A stretch of 64,000 nucleotides of DNA from Takakia lepidozioides (lineage: Eukaryota; Plantae; Bryophyta). Of the stretch, positions 13,854 to 27,087 are shown in pieces (the stretch's first letter is position 1; every line of letters starts with the position of its first letter). Below the pieces are notes generated by a model. That model was not told the origin of the DNA. It did no database searches and worked only from the letters and a program-made list of their open reading frames with translations. The position numbers were made by a program, and so were the translations under genes. The stretch covers positions 44,826,001 through 44,890,000 of the forward strand of contig CM060732.1 in assembly GCA_030704615.1 (NCBI GenBank). The letters are read 5' to 3'.

Positions 13854-16351
13854 GGGCCTGGCCGCACAGGGGGGTTACGAGCTGGAACCGAAGAGCTAAC
13901 CCACACTTCTCGCTTAACGGGGGCCGCAGAGGGGATCCTCCGATGCGGAGTTTTCGTATCCTGTCGGGGGCTTGTCAGGGGTTGATTATCGGATTTTGAG
14001 TCAAAATGAACAAACATGAAAGTAGATGATATTTCACGTTCCCAACCTGTCATCATTCCACGCTCCACGCTCGCTCCCAACCTGTTGTCATTCCCCGCTC
14101 CACGCCCGCTTCCAACCCTTGTCTTCAGATGGTGTTGTCGTTGGGGCGGAGAGGAAGGCAAAGTTGCGTTTCGAGCTTGATTATTGGTCTGTCTATGGTG
14201 GGCTTCTTGTGAATTACAGGGAATTGAGAGCCAGAGATATAGTAAGATGCAAAGATTCAGTTTGAAAGCTGATGTGATCTGTGAACCATAGAACAAATTG
14301 GTTTTTATTTTGGCTGTTCTTCTTTTCTGTTTCTTGTAAACATTCTCAAGCTAGGCGTGCACAATGGTTAGAGTCGTGTGGTCCATGTGGGTGGTGTAAG
14401 TTTCTGTCTACAAGGGAGATTTAGTCTTTGTGAGTGTGACAGATGGCCGACAGAAGTACGTATTCAGTCTTTGTTTGTTGTTGACAGACTTGTAGTCATG
14501 GACCCTTGCATATCATCGACAATGTCTGACGAACTCTTCAGTATATACTCCCTGCAGAATACTGAGACAAATTCAGAGCCGCCCTGCCAAATGCCAAAGT
14601 GGTCAAGTGCCTAAGTGATGCAGGATTCTTTGTTGATAAGTACGTTTTTCCCTTCCGACAAAACAAAGCAGACCACATAGTTTTGCAGCTCTCGTGCAGT
14701 AATGAACCTGTTGTTTGAGTGGTCTATAATTTTGGGACTTCCATCAATGATACATTTCAACACTAAAGCCTATTACAGAAGTGGACTTATCTTCTCCCCT
14801 TCTTATGGGGCTTCATTTTAGTGGAACCTTTGGAGTTTTTTAGGGATTCTCTCCCAACTCCTCTTCCAAATACATCTCGACTCTTGGCAACAGTTCGTGC
14901 ACAATGAGCTTCATCATTTGTCTAGACATCACCGGGGTGTTGTCAATGTAATTGCACATTATCCTGCTTGCACACAGTGAAATTTATTAGTTTCCACTAA
15001 TAACACCTTAGGACAAAACAAATGGCATGAATGAAGGCTGGTGTAAACACACCTAGTTTTGTCTCTCGGAATATGGCCTTCTCCACTAGGTCCACTTAGT
15101 AGTACCCATAGCAAAAATGTTTCTATCCATGCCAATAATCTTCTATTCTGTGACAATCAGAAAATCATAAGTATCAAAAAAAATATCAAGTCTGTAGCAT
15201 GTTGGGGGGCTGCTCAACAGAAACCCACCCTCGAGGCTATTTCTGGGTGAGGGGGGAGGGGATGGGAATGATCTTTGGCAGGATTCCAATAATCCTAGGC
15301 TTTGATTGTCTTCCTGCCAGAGGGCAGCATCAAGGTTATGTGGTTTTGTTGTTGGTTGTCTACAAATGGAGTGTTTTATTGCTAATGTGGTGCACTTCTG
15401 AGTCCTATGTATGTCAGTTCAGGGATGAATCGGAGAGTAGGCATCAGTGACAAGTGGTGCTCAATGGGTGATGTGCTCATTTTGACTATTCTGGCCAGAT
15501 GCTCTCTCTCACCTTATGCTTGCACTTGGCCTGATGTAATGATCCAAAAATGACTATCAAGGCTTGTATGTTGTCTCTCAATTAGGCTGCAGCTATTTCT
15601 GCTCCTCTCTCATTCCATCATTCCTCCCTTGATGTCCCCACCTTCTGCTATGCCCACAAGTGAGCACATGTTCCATAGGCGCAAGACTCTGCAAGTATGT
15701 TCTGAGGTACATTGCTCTCAGTATGCCAAGTCTCTTGTGCACAGGTTTTATTCATGTCAATTTTGGTGATAGCAGCAAGGCTATGTCCACCAGGGGTAGA
15801 GGCAATACTCTTCGCCACCTTGATGTCGTTCAACATTAATGGCGCTAATGTGATGGGGGTTCCTTGGGCCTGGACTTACTCGGCTTCTGGGTGTTACAAG
15901 CAAAAATTTCCAAAACTTGGCATAACAGTCTCAAAGCTTGTTGGAAATAAAGTTCACTACTCAACCTCTGCTCAATCTCTGCAATGTTTACCCCAAAAAG
16001 GTGTCCCGCAATATCTCTTCTATTCTTTGTTGCCCCCCCAAACTTCAATGTTGATTGCCTAGCTAATTCCACGAAGCTCCTTTCTTCAGACATGCTTGGT
16101 TTCTCTTCATCGCAGCAACCATCGCAATCATTCCTACGTTCCTAGTTCCCAATCAAAAACCGTGGATGAAGCAGAGATGAAATATTTAAGACTTTTCATC
16201 TTCAAGATATCTCGTTACATGGCTTGTGCAGCCCTTACGGGGACCCACCTCCTCCAGCTGGCGCCCAACTTTTAGTCTTCCCGCACACTTTAAAAAATTT
16301 CCAATAGTAAGCTATCGCCGGTCTGTACTGCTGCCCTGTGCGGCCAGGCCC
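13854..16351. mobile_element. PIF/Harbinger DNA transposon (decayed)
   Basis: Perfect 18-bp TIR GGGCCTGGCCGCACAGGG (13854-13871) / CCCTGTGCGGCCAGGCCC (16334-16351), with TTA TSD at 13851-13853 and 16352-16354. A weak minus-strand relic resembling the R..VERAFG motif of DDE_Tnp_4 lies near 15495-15530. Confidence 0.85.
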
Positions 16352-17699
16352 TTAATATAATGGAGGTAACCTTATTGTTTGTTGCGTGTAGCCGGCCTCT
16401 GCCTTCAAGAGGCCTCTTCTGATGTGGGTTTCACAATTTAACATCAGATTTACCTCTAATGTTGTTTTTCTGCGAAGATGAGCTTTAAAGCTCTTATACT
16501 GAAGACTATACGCCTTACTTTGACAAATATTGCAATATTTTTTATTTTATCTTTTAATTTGAGTTTCCCATCCGATTCCTTACATGCATATTTGAATCTA
16601 CATGAGATTGTCTTGTTGGAAATTCAATAATACATCTATTGCAGTACAAGAATCCGTCACCGTAGTCCACAATTTCATCATGCATGTAAATAATGAACAT
16701 AACATTCTTATCATTTTTTTCTCACATAAAATGAATGTATCAAACATAAGTATCGTGGAAGCAATGTTTTGAGATAAAAGTAATCAAATATACTTAACAC
16801 AGTACATTGAGATAACCATTCCATACATTTGTCTATTCTACTAAAAGAAACAAGAGAAGAACCAAATAAAAAGATTATACTACAAATGTGGTGTGGATCA
16901 CATGATGATCAGTCATTCATTTAAAGACCATCGTCAACAATGTGTATAGAAGTGACACGTTTCCATAGCAATCCCAGTAAATTGATCTATTTTTACCGTT
17001 GGGTCATTGTCTTCAATGTATATTCTATTTCCGTAGGCAGTGGAAGAACCCAGGAATGTTGTTGGTTACGATGGATTACAAAAATATACAAAGAAGAATA
17101 TTATTAGGCACATGAACAAAAAAATCATTTAGAACAATAACAAAGTGGGAAATCAGTACATACTACAGTTTCACACAAAACATAGCAAGGCAAAAGAGGG
17201 TTCTCATTTGCCAAAAAAAACCTAAACCTCCACAATACAATTTCGCCTTGAATGCAACAAGGCCAAAAATATTGTATATTAGAAAATTATATAATTATAG
17301 GGGAAAAATAATGAAATTAATTATCCCCCCATGAAAATATCTTTTTTTATCTCAAGTGACTACCAAATGATAAGGAGTGCTGCCCCCCACCCCCCCCCCC
17401 CCCCCCCCCCCCCCGCCCGAGAGCATGAATAGTAATAACTGGGGGCTATCTTTTTCCACTCGCTAAAACCGACGTGACTTGACTTGATGTTTGCAACACT
17501 AAATGCGACCAAATTCAAATCCTGCGAAACTCTACAGAATCACCCAATTCAAAATCAGTCCTTTAACATAGGTCAAATCAACAAAAATGTGCAACCCTCA
17601 CTCCTCTCTATATCTTAAAATTTGCACATTGGCTAAAGAAGTTGAAGCACTTGACGGTTTAGGTCTTGTTTATAAGTAAAATGAGCACACAAAGATTTG

Positions 17700-18167
17700 C
17701 ATGATAACTAAAGACATCAGGATCCATCAAAGTACCAACCGGTTTTGCCGGTGCTTTTCAAAAGCATGCAATGATCAAGAAGTGAAATGGGATGAAGTCA
17801 CACGTCTTATATGTACTAATGCAGCAGATACTACATATGTGCATTCGCGATACCATGAGTAGAGGGTCCTCGCACTGCCTTCATGCATGTATGACGAGTG
17901 TTCCGTCACATTTGTGCAAAGGTGTGGGATCTGAGGAAGATAACCTCATTGCGAGAGGATGTTATCGTAACACTTTGTTTGATGGAGAATGAATTTCCTC
18001 CTTCATTCTTTGAGGTCATGACACATTTAGCATTGCATCTTATGGATGAGCTAGATACATGTGGCCCCGTCACCACACGGTGGATATTGTATCCAATGAA
18101 AAGGTACATGAATGACTTGAAGAATTATGTACCGAATATGACAAGGCCAGAAGCAAATTTTTTTTAA
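17700..18167 (+). pseudogene. CACTA/En-Spm transposase fragment (DUF4218 region)
   Basis: GMKSH..VLMQQIL and TLCLMENEFPPSFFEVMTHLALHLMDELDTCGPVTTRWILYPMKRYMNDLKNYVPNMTRPEA are characteristic En/Spm transposase motifs. Confidence 0.88.
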
Positions 18168-18854
18168 TTTATTTATTTCTGCCTAGGCGTGGACGTGGCG
18201 AAATATTTTTGGGACTGAGTGCAGAGGTGACGACACGTACAATGTCCACCTACACTCCACCTGGCTACATGTATAGCAAATATTATACAATATGTCGATT
18301 TTTTCACAACTTATATATATTACCCAAGTGACACTTATGTATTGTGGCAAACTAGCTATCATGAAAAAATCAATTCAAGGTAGCACTTCGCGCATCATTG
18401 CCCAATCGCCCACTATTTAGCAAACTGGCACCACTGATACAAATGAAACAACGCAGTTTTAGGCACCATAGCCCAATGCCACACATTAAATTGGCACTAT
18501 TGTCATAAGATAGAAAACGAAGGAGACAGGCACCATAGCCCACTTAAATCACGCATTCTAGCACTAGCCAAACAAGTCCAAAATGTTTCATAGCCACCAA
18601 TATGGCATGAAGTGTGGAACAAATCCGGATATCTTATATAGATCGAGGGAATCTCACTACACTTGCGCCCGGTTATCAGCGTCACGTTCGTCCATCAGCG
18701 TTAGGTCACGTCAGACCTGAAGGGACCTCCGTCATGTCAGGTTCGGGGAATATTCTAGTAACGATAATACCAGGTAAAATACTGTCACTTAAGCAGCCAC
18801 GTCGCCGACACGGTGACAGTGGCAAATAAATTTTAAAAATTAACAAAATGAACG

Positions 18855-19825
18855 CGACCGCCAATTATGGCGGTCGATTTATATTTTGAAATTAAAATAT
18901 ATATATCGACCGCCGTATTGGCGGTCGCTTCAATTCATTTTATAAAAAAAAACAAGATTGGTGGTCGCATTGGTGGTCGCTTTATCTTTTGAAATAAAAA
19001 AAGAAATAGCGACCGTCATATTGGCGGTCGCTTCGATTTATTTTTGAACAAAAGCAAGATTGGCAGTCGCATTGGCTGTCACCAAATTTAAAAAAGAAAA
19101 CAAGCGACTGTCGTATTGGCGGTCGCACAATTTTGCAAATATATACAAAACAAGCGACTGCCATATGGCGGTCAGATAATTTCAAAAATATATAAAAAAA
19201 CAAGCGACCGCCATTTGGCGGTCACTTAATTTCAAAAATATATAGAAAAACAAACAACCGCCATATGGGGGTCGGTAAATTTAAAATTATATAAAAAAAA
19301 CAAGCGACATATGAAAATAAAAGCGACTGCCACACCGGTGGTCGCTTATTTTAAAATAAAACAATAATTGCGACCGCCAAACTGGCGGTCGTTTAAATTT
19401 AATAATATATAAAATAAAAGCGACTACCAGCCTGGAGGTCGCTTAAACTTGAAAAAATAAGATTAAAAGCGGCTGCCTTACTGTCGATCGTGTTTTTTTT
19501 TTAATATTAAGAATAAAAGCGACCACCATATTGGCGGTCGCTTTATTTTAAATATATAAACAAATGAAACGACCGCCATATCGGCAATCGCATTATATTT
19601 TGAAATAAAAAATAATAGCGACCGCCATACGAACGGTCGTTTAAATTTAAAAATATACAAAATAGAAGTGACCGAAATATTGCACAAAATGAAAGGAAAT
19701 AAAAGCGACCACAATAGTGGCGGTCGTTTGTTTTTCATTAAAAAAAAAAATAGTGACCGCAGTATTAGCGATCGCTTAATTTCAAAATTATAACTAATAT
19801 GGTTGTACCGCCTATTTCGGGTAGA
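18855..19825. repeat. Array of palindromic GCGACCGCCA-N-TGGCGGTCGC units with AT-rich spacers
   Basis: Roughly 20 inverted motif pairs at ~40-60 bp spacing, directly visible. Confidence 0.9.
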
Positions 19826-19883
19826 CGCTATTGGTTCGTCATTTATTCATTTCACTTTCATTTCACTTTCATCCTTCCTGGAT

Positions 19884-19893
19884 TATATATAAG
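19884..19893 (+). promoter_or_regulatory. TATA box upstream of the hAT transposase
   Basis: TATATATAAG just downstream of the motif array and ~300 bp upstream of the transposase coding relic. Confidence 0.5.
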
Positions 19894-20184
19894 GGAGCAG
19901 GATCACCAAGCTCCTCATTTCTTTTGACGCAAATACTTGAGGTTGCTTTGGATGTTCTCTTCCATTGAATGAGAGTGTAGCCCAAGAGGAGGGTGCGTAC
20001 ATTTTGCCGTTGTGGCTTCCACCGAAGCCACTTTAGCGGATTGTGTATAAACTCAACACTACAACCCATATCGACCCACTTGGGTTGCTGACAGGTGTAG
20101 AAGTGTTGGGCTATCGCATTGCATTCTACATTCACAACACATTCATTTTATAGGTGACTATTTTTTGTTGTTTACATCACTAGG

Positions 20185-22673
20185 ACCCAGGGGAGTGGAT
20201 ATTGGGTGAAGATGAGGGAGAAATGAAGTCCTTGGTATACGGCAATCCCGAACACTGTCAGTGCCACTGGTAGTGTTGAGTGCAACCTATGTGGATTAAA
20301 ACTTTCTTATCATAAAGATCGATTGTTCGCTCACATCGGCTATAGAGGTGTAAAGAGCACTGGGATGGGTTTATGCCCTAAAGCATCTATGTGGGTAAAA
20401 AACCACTTTGCCCAGTGTGGAGGCAATATTCCAATGACTCTGGATCTGGACATGACTTCTAAGCAGAACACTTCATCTTCCCGTCAGGATCCCCAATTAG
20501 TACCCAATGCGACTTTTGTGAGGCTTCAGGTATCCTTTGACAAGTGGGTTGTGCCGGAGCAACACCTGCTTCAACACCTCTTTGTACCCCTACACTTCAA
20601 TGGAGTAGAAGATTACAGCATTAATCCATGCAAGAAGGTCTTAACTTGTCTGCGAAAATACAGTTGGATAAAAAATGGGCGTAGTTTTTTTATGCCAACA
20701 TACCATTTAATGTGGCAGCATTTGTTTCTTCCGTTAGAGCAACCTCGGAGTCTAGATCCATGTACGTACCTCCAACTTATCTCAATCTCCGCACAGGATT
20801 GCTAGAAGACGCCATGACCGAGCTTATCCAAAATATCAACGATAGGACGGGCGAGTGCATCAGAAAATATGGAAGCACTAAATATGCCGATGGTTGGAGT
20901 TATGTTACAAACAGATCATTATTCAATGTCATGCTTGCATGTCCAACTGGGAAATAATTCTTGGGATCGGTCGACACCAGCGGCGTGAAGAAAGATGGAC
21001 GTTATCAATGTCAACTATTGACGAACTTCATCGAATGGGTCAGAAGTGATAGAATCGTGCAAATATGCACAGACAATGCCGTTAACATGAGAAACACTGC
21101 AGACATGTTGTTGGCATGTTATCACCATATGTACTATCAAGGTTGTGCTGCTTATATCCTTGACCTCTTTTTGGAAGATTGGGGAAAAGAACAGTGGGTG
21201 AAACAACTTGTCAAGCGAGCGAAGACCGTTGTGTTGTTCATCTGCACACACCATATCCCTTTGGCAATATATAGGAGGCACAAACCCAAATACAGCCTCC
21301 GGAATCTAGACGAAACTCGTTTTGTCACTAACTTCTTAATGGTGGATCGGTTGGTGACGGTGAAGAGCAGTCTGGAGCACACCATCATTGATCCTCAATG
21401 GGACGCGTACACACAGACATTGCGGGATTCCAGAAAAGCCAAGTCATTGGGCAAAAGTCGAAAAGTTCGGGAGAGCATTCGTAGCGATGATTTCTAGAAG
21501 AAATGTGAAAATTTTGTTTATATGGTAGAGCCGGTGTTAATCGTCTTGCGGGAGTTTGATGGAAATCAACCAGTAACGGGCAAGGCATGGTTACTAATGC
21601 AAAATCTTGAGAAGCACGTTCAATCCTTGAGGCATTATCCCTTCTCGTTGGAAGCTGAATTTGCGGACAGTGCTGAGGATGCATTTTACAACCGTCGTTC
21701 AATGGTTCGAACGGACTTGCATTATGCGGGGGCTTTGCTCAATCTATTCTTGCTCAACAATAACATGCTCCGAGTCGACGCTGATGCCAAGGCTGGCCTC
21801 GTGCAAATGCTCATGCGACTGGCTCCGCCGAACATGGCAAAGAGAGCTATATCCGAATATCAATGTTTCTCAGTTCGCCGCGACCCTTTTGAGGACATGC
21901 CGGATCCAAAAGAGCTCAATATGTTGTCACATGAATGGTGAGATTTGATCGGAGCTAGAGCAAGAACATTGGCTTCTATTGCAAAGTATATTCTTGCTCA
22001 AGTGTGCTCTGTCTTATCTTGCGAACGCAATTGAAGCAATTTTTTATTTGTTCACAACAAGATTCGCAATAGGTTGAATCTCGCGAAGGCTGACAAATTG
22101 GTGTACGTGTATACCAATTGCCGACTGCTACGTGAGAGAGCAGCAGATGATACTACAGCATGGTATGAGAAAAATTTGCATTCCGAAGACTCTGCTTCTG
22201 AGGTAGATTCGATGAGTAACGATACTGAATCTCAGAGGGAATCATCTCAGAGGGAATTATCTGCCTCCGATAGTGAAGATAGATCCGATGATGCTCCCGA
22301 AAATGCGTATGACCCGTTTACGTTCACAGAAGATGATGCTTATATCCAGCCAACCTTTGATGACCTTCTTGAGGGAGTACGTATCGCAGATAAAGATGAA
22401 GCTGCAATTATATCATCCCCAGAACACGGTCCTCAGAATGAAGTTGGGATCGATCATTGCCCCCCACTACAGGCTGAAGCCACCAGTAGTGCCCCAGTGG
22501 AGCTTAGGGGTGATGAACTTCTAGGACCTAGCGACGTACATAACCATGTTCATATAAACGATGGTGTTGAACCCATTGTACGGTCGACGGGACGGATCAT
22601 GCCTCATCGATACGACCAGTTCCACCACAACACCAAAACCGATCCAGCTCTCCATCAACACAGCAGGCATTAA
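20185..22673 (+). pseudogene. hAT transposase (BED-finger relic, DUF659, hAT dimerisation domain), disrupted by stops and frameshifts
   Basis: DGWSYVTNRSLFNVM; IVQICTDNAVNM; GCAAYILDLFLEDWGK; ETRFVTNFLMVDRL; LHYAGALLN; LAQVCSVLSCERN*SNFLFVHNKIRNRLNLAKADKLVYVYTN; acidic C-terminal tail. Confidence 0.92.
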
Positions 22674-23479
22674 GGAGCAACAGGGTTGATCTGTTTTCCA
22701 CACGCACGCACCATTTTGCTGCATTGGATTGGGCGGAAGTTGAAGCCTCGGATGATGACAACCTGCCACTACATTTCTACCTTAACCGACGTGTTGCGCA
22801 GTAGACCCGTGGTTCCTCACCTGCCGGACCATCTAATGTCGGTCCATTTCGGGCAGACCCCCTCCAGTACCTCCTTCGAGACCATCTTCGAATGCGTCTC
22901 AAGTCCATAAACGACAAAGAACAGTCTAACATTTCGTAGGCGATCGACCCACAAACTGGCCAGATACTGTGGATGGTATTCAAGACCGGAGTGGGAGTTG
23001 ACCTCAGATAGAACTAAATATGGTTCGAGGTCGCTTGCAGATTCAAAGACCTAGACATATGAGGTCGGATAGGGAAGACGATTCCAGCACTGAATGGTGG
23101 TGAAGTCGAGGGTAACTCGGACTTTCAGCCCATCGGAGCATGAGGATTAAGATCTTTTTCGTCCCGCCGTCGAAGCAGTACAAGGAATTGAAGCAAAACA
23201 GCTCTAGGCATGATTCAACACATTTTTGTGGAGATGTTTATATTTCTGTAGTGAAGTAATACCAGTGTGATCATTGTCAGTATGAGTATTTGCATTGTTG
23301 TTGTGTATGTGTTGGGAAATAAAATATGTTGTCTACGTGTATACCAGCCAAAATGTCGGCCAAAGACACAGTCACTTGCTCATGTTTCTGTTCGGTGATT
23401 TGCTTATGGAATGAAGAACAATTGTGCCAATGCTTTCAATTCTGCATTCATTTTTATTTTAATGCAGGGACCGGCATCA

Positions 23480-24625
23480 CTGGCGGTCGCATTTGTTTTT
23501 TATTCTTTGTAAATGCAACGAACGCGATGTAATAGCGGTCGTCTTTTGTTTTTTCGTAAATTTAGAGATCGCCAAAACTTTCGGTCGCTTGTTTTTTTAA
23601 TTTTAGAAAATGGATCGACCGCCATATTTAGCGGTCGTTTTTTTGGATTTTTTAAATAGAGCGACCGCCAAGGTGGCGGTCGCTTCTATGAGGTGTGCCT
23701 TGCAGTGAGGTGGGGGGATAAGCTCCGACTCATTCTCCCGTCATTTCCATTATTGGCGGTCGCTTGAAGTTTTTTTTTTTGGTAAATGTAGCGACCGCCG
23801 ATACTGGCGGTCGCTGTGATTGTTCTTTTTAAAAATATAGCGACCGCCATTACTGGTGGTCGCTTTTATATTTTTTTTGTAAAATGGAGCGACTGCCATT
23901 TGTGGTGGTCCATTTTTTTTGTTTTTTAAATAGAGCGACCGCCAAGGTGGCGGTCGCTTCTACGAGGTCTGCCTTACGCGTGGAGTGAGGAATGAGGCGG
24001 GGAGGGCTATATAAGCTCCGAGTCATTTTTCCCTCACTTCCATTACTGGCGGTCGCTGTAATTGTTCTTTTTTATAATGCAGCGATCACCATTACTGGCG
24101 GTCGCTTTTATTTTTTATTTTTCCAAAATGGAGCGACCGCCATTAGTGATGGTCATTTTTTTTAAATGGAGCGACCGTGGAGGTGCCTGTCGCTTCTACG
24201 AGGTCTGTCCTGCACGTGGACCGAGGAATGAGGCGGGGATATATTTTTTATACATGCAGCGATCGCCATTAGTGGTGGTCGTTTTTATTTTAATTATTTT
24301 AGAAATGAAGTGACCACCATTACTGGCGGTCACTTTTTTTTTATTTGGAGGAAAATGGAGCGACCGCCATTACTGGCGGTCGCTGTAATTATTTTAGTTT
24401 TATAAATGACGATTTTATTTCAATTTCTTTGGAAATGAAATGACCGCCAGTAATGGCGGTCGCTTTAATTCTTAATGTCACTATAAACGTAGCAACCGCC
24501 AATGCTGGCGGTTGCTTATTTATTTTATTTTCGGAAAATGGAGCGACCGCCAATTCTGGCGGTCGTTTTTTTTTTTTTTTTTTTCTTACGAAAAATGGAT
24601 CGACCACCAAGTGGGCGGTCGCTTC
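23480..24625. repeat. Second GCGACCGCC palindrome array, containing 3-4 copies of a promoter-like module
   Basis: Repeated GCGACCGCCATTACTGGCGGTCGC. The module GGCGGTCGCTTCTA(C/T)GAGGT...ATAAGCTCCGA(C/G)TCATT...CACTTCC recurs at ~23675, ~23948, ~24190 (partial) and ~24614. Confidence 0.88.
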
Positions 24626-24674
24626 TAGAAGGTTTGCCTTGCGCATGACCCAATGAATGAGAGGGGGGGGGTTT

Positions 24675-24682
24675 TATATAAG
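24675..24682 (+). promoter_or_regulatory. TATA box upstream of the hairpin cluster
   Basis: TATATAAG followed by a pyrimidine-rich initiator-like stretch CTCATTCTCCCCTCACTTCCTCTCC. Confidence 0.5.
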
Positions 24683-25020
24683 CTAAGGGAGGCTCATTCT
24701 CCCCTCACTTCCTCTCCACACAACTTCTGTGTGCGTGACATTTTATTATTCCACGACACGTAGTCACGTGGAGAAAGAGGCCATTGGATGGGTGGGGGGA
24801 CTTCTTACATGGTACATTGAACATAATGGCCAAGTCTGAAAGCGAACCAAAATCATTTTGATGGGCAACCATCCGTTGAGCCATTCATGGTATGTTGAAC
24901 ATAGCGGCAAAGATTGAAAGCAAACGAAAATCATTTGGATGGGAAACCATTCAATCGCCCGTTGAATGAATGGGGTTTGTCTCAGATTAAACCGGGATCT
25001 GTTACATGGTATGCCTTTAA

Positions 25021-25322
25021 AGTTCTTTTTGTAGTATCTCCTGCTTCGTAATGTGGTGCTTCGTAATGTCCATTTTATCCAATATATCGATGTTCTCCAC
25101 CTGGAACAGATCCACATATGTGTGCAGAAATCCTTAAATAAGCAAATGACCATCTCCACTTTTATAAGCCTCATCCGCAGCTTCCAGTTTTGATGGTCAT
25201 TTGGTTTTTTAAATATTTATATACGCATGTGTGGATATGTTCCAGATGGAGAATATCAACATTTGAAAAATAAAAGTTGGAGAAGCATCTCATTACGAAG
25301 CAAGAGATATTACAGAAGACCT
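25021..25322. ncRNA. Long imperfect hairpin A (~130 bp arms)
   Basis: 25021-25154 pairs with 25192-25322 (TGCTTCGTAATG/CATTACGAAGCA; CAAATGACCATC/GATGGTCATTTG). RNA expression is not shown. Confidence 0.6.
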
Positions 25323-25423
25323 CAACATGTTGAACATCTAGATGAAGAACCTTGTCCATCGTCGTTTGAAGCACTTCTGAAATGATCACATGTTCGTTGG
25401 TGGAAACTGATCTCGTAGGCCAC

Positions 25424-25607
25424 CACTACAGAAAAAGGGGGGGGGGGGGGGAAACAGCCCGGGCAGAGGTGAAGAACCAAATTTGCGACTCATGGGCGTC
25501 GCAAGGGCATTGCCAAAAAAACGTCGCAAATTTGCAACAAATGGGGGTCACAAATAGGTGAAACCGCGATTTGCGACGTCGACGCGATTTGCAACTCCTG
25601 GGCGTCG

Positions 25608-25666
<59 letters not shown>

Positions 25667-26448
25667 ACTCTGCAATACAGAATTAGCACCGTCCGGGGGT
25701 CACAAAGTGCGACGCCTGGACGTCGCAATTTAAGGGGGGTACATTTGAATTTAGGCAGAAAAATTTTGAATTTGAAATTTGAATTTCAAAAACTTGTGGA
25801 CCATTGACTCCGGCGTTGACCATTAACTCCGGTTCTATCTAATGACGATATGTTCATTGTTCTACATATATCATGCAATGCATACTTGAACCTAAGACCT
25901 CCACGTTATAACATTTCTAAGTCACTACAGACTATCCAACACACCTACGTTACATCTATGTATCACAAAAAACAATCTAAATATAAATAAATATATATAT
26001 ATATATATATGAAGATTTCCTTCAAGTTCCTTCTAAAGGGATCCCTCTTGTGACGTCGAGGAGTGGCGACCTCCATAGCCTTAGTGCCCAGCCCGAGCCC
26101 CAGCGTCGTCGCCATTGTTGCACTCCCCACCGCCAGGCGCCCCAAGCTACGTCCTTGAGATGACCTAAGCTGACTACAACACCATTGCGACCTCCTCTGG
26201 TGACGCCGTTGCAACCCCTGGCGTCGCAGCGTTGGACGTCCCCGCAAGAAAAAAAAATCCGTCGCAGCGAGGACCCTATTTCCCCCTTCATGCCACCTAG
26301 CGACGGTTGGGTGTCGCAATGGTGTCGCAGCGGAGTATTGCGACGTCGGGGCATCGCAAAAAACGTCGTGGGCTCGGCTTTGCGGGCTCAGCGCCGCGTA
26401 GGGCGTGGGGGCGCACTAACGTCGCAAACCCCCTCATTTGTTGTAGTG
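25424..26448. mobile_element. Non-autonomous CACTA element
   Basis: CACTACAGAAAAAGGGG ... CCCCTCATTTGTTGTAGTG termini, 3-bp TSD CAC (25421-25423, 26449-26451) and subterminal GCGACG/CGTCGC repeats. Confidence 0.9.
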
Positions 26449-26481
26449 CACTTGATCTCGTACCCATCAAAGACTTCCGTA

Positions 26482-26571
26482 GGCCACATGGAACGGTTTA
26501 TGCGATACATTTTCACAAATGCGATGTGATACATTTGTGAAATGGTATCACATCAACCGTTTCATGTGGTC
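26482..26571. ncRNA. Hairpin B, pre-miRNA-like (40 bp stem, short loop)
   Basis: GGCCACATGGAACGGTTTATGCGATACATTTTCACAAATG pairs with CATTTGTGAAATGGTATCACATCAACCGTTTCATGTGGTC. Confidence 0.6.
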
Positions 26572-26641
26572 AATGCACCTCTTCCGCACCATGGCGAAAT
26601 ATTTGTCACTTGAAGGCACAAACACAAATAATCTGTGCAAA

Positions 26642-27019
26642 CAATCTCAAGAATCATATGTACTGCAAGGTGTTTCATACTACCGATGTTCATGTAGCTG
26701 AATTATTTAGGAATCGTTTTGCTACTCCCATTCCAACAACATCAGGCCCACTGGGACTGCCATATTTTGAATTCCGTATCAGCCACCACGGACATGAAAA
26801 CAGGAACTTCGCACAAAATCTCCAATTTATTCAATTTATGGTGGGCCGTGGCTGCAGCCTGCAAGCTCGCCGGGGTAGCTGATACGTTCGTTTGAACATG
26901 ACAATCTCAAATGACCTGATATTGTTGGCATGAGAATAGCAAAAAAAGTACTACAGAATTCAGCTAGAGGAACAATAATAGCATGAAATACCTTACTGTA
27001 AATATGATTGTTGACATTG
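26642..27019. ncRNA. Long imperfect hairpin C (~150 bp arms)
   Basis: 26642-26791 aligns without large gaps to the reverse complement of 26871-27019; the supplied ORFs 26610(+) and 27036(-) translate to visibly similar peptides. Confidence 0.6.
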
Positions 27020-27087
27020 GTGACAACTCCAATCAATAAAGAACTCGCACCATCAGTTGCGTTCCTGCAGCAGCACCGATCTCCCGA

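Noticed and set aside
13673-14296. 207-aa minus-strand ORF
   Set aside because: It runs across the Harbinger TIR/TSD boundary into flanking DNA and has no recognisable domain.
18655-18662. CACTACAC as the left end of a large CACTA element
   Set aside because: No matching GTAGTG terminus with a 3-bp TSD was found; the one at 26448 pairs with 25424.
18855-24625. CRISPR-like or bacterial REP-like appearance of the palindromic repeat arrays
   Set aside because: Spacers are low-complexity AT tracts of variable length, repeats are degenerate, no cas genes are present, and the context is eukaryotic TE DNA.
25426-25807. Poly-Phe / poly-Lys ORFs
   Set aside because: Translation artefacts of a long A homopolymer inside the CACTA element.
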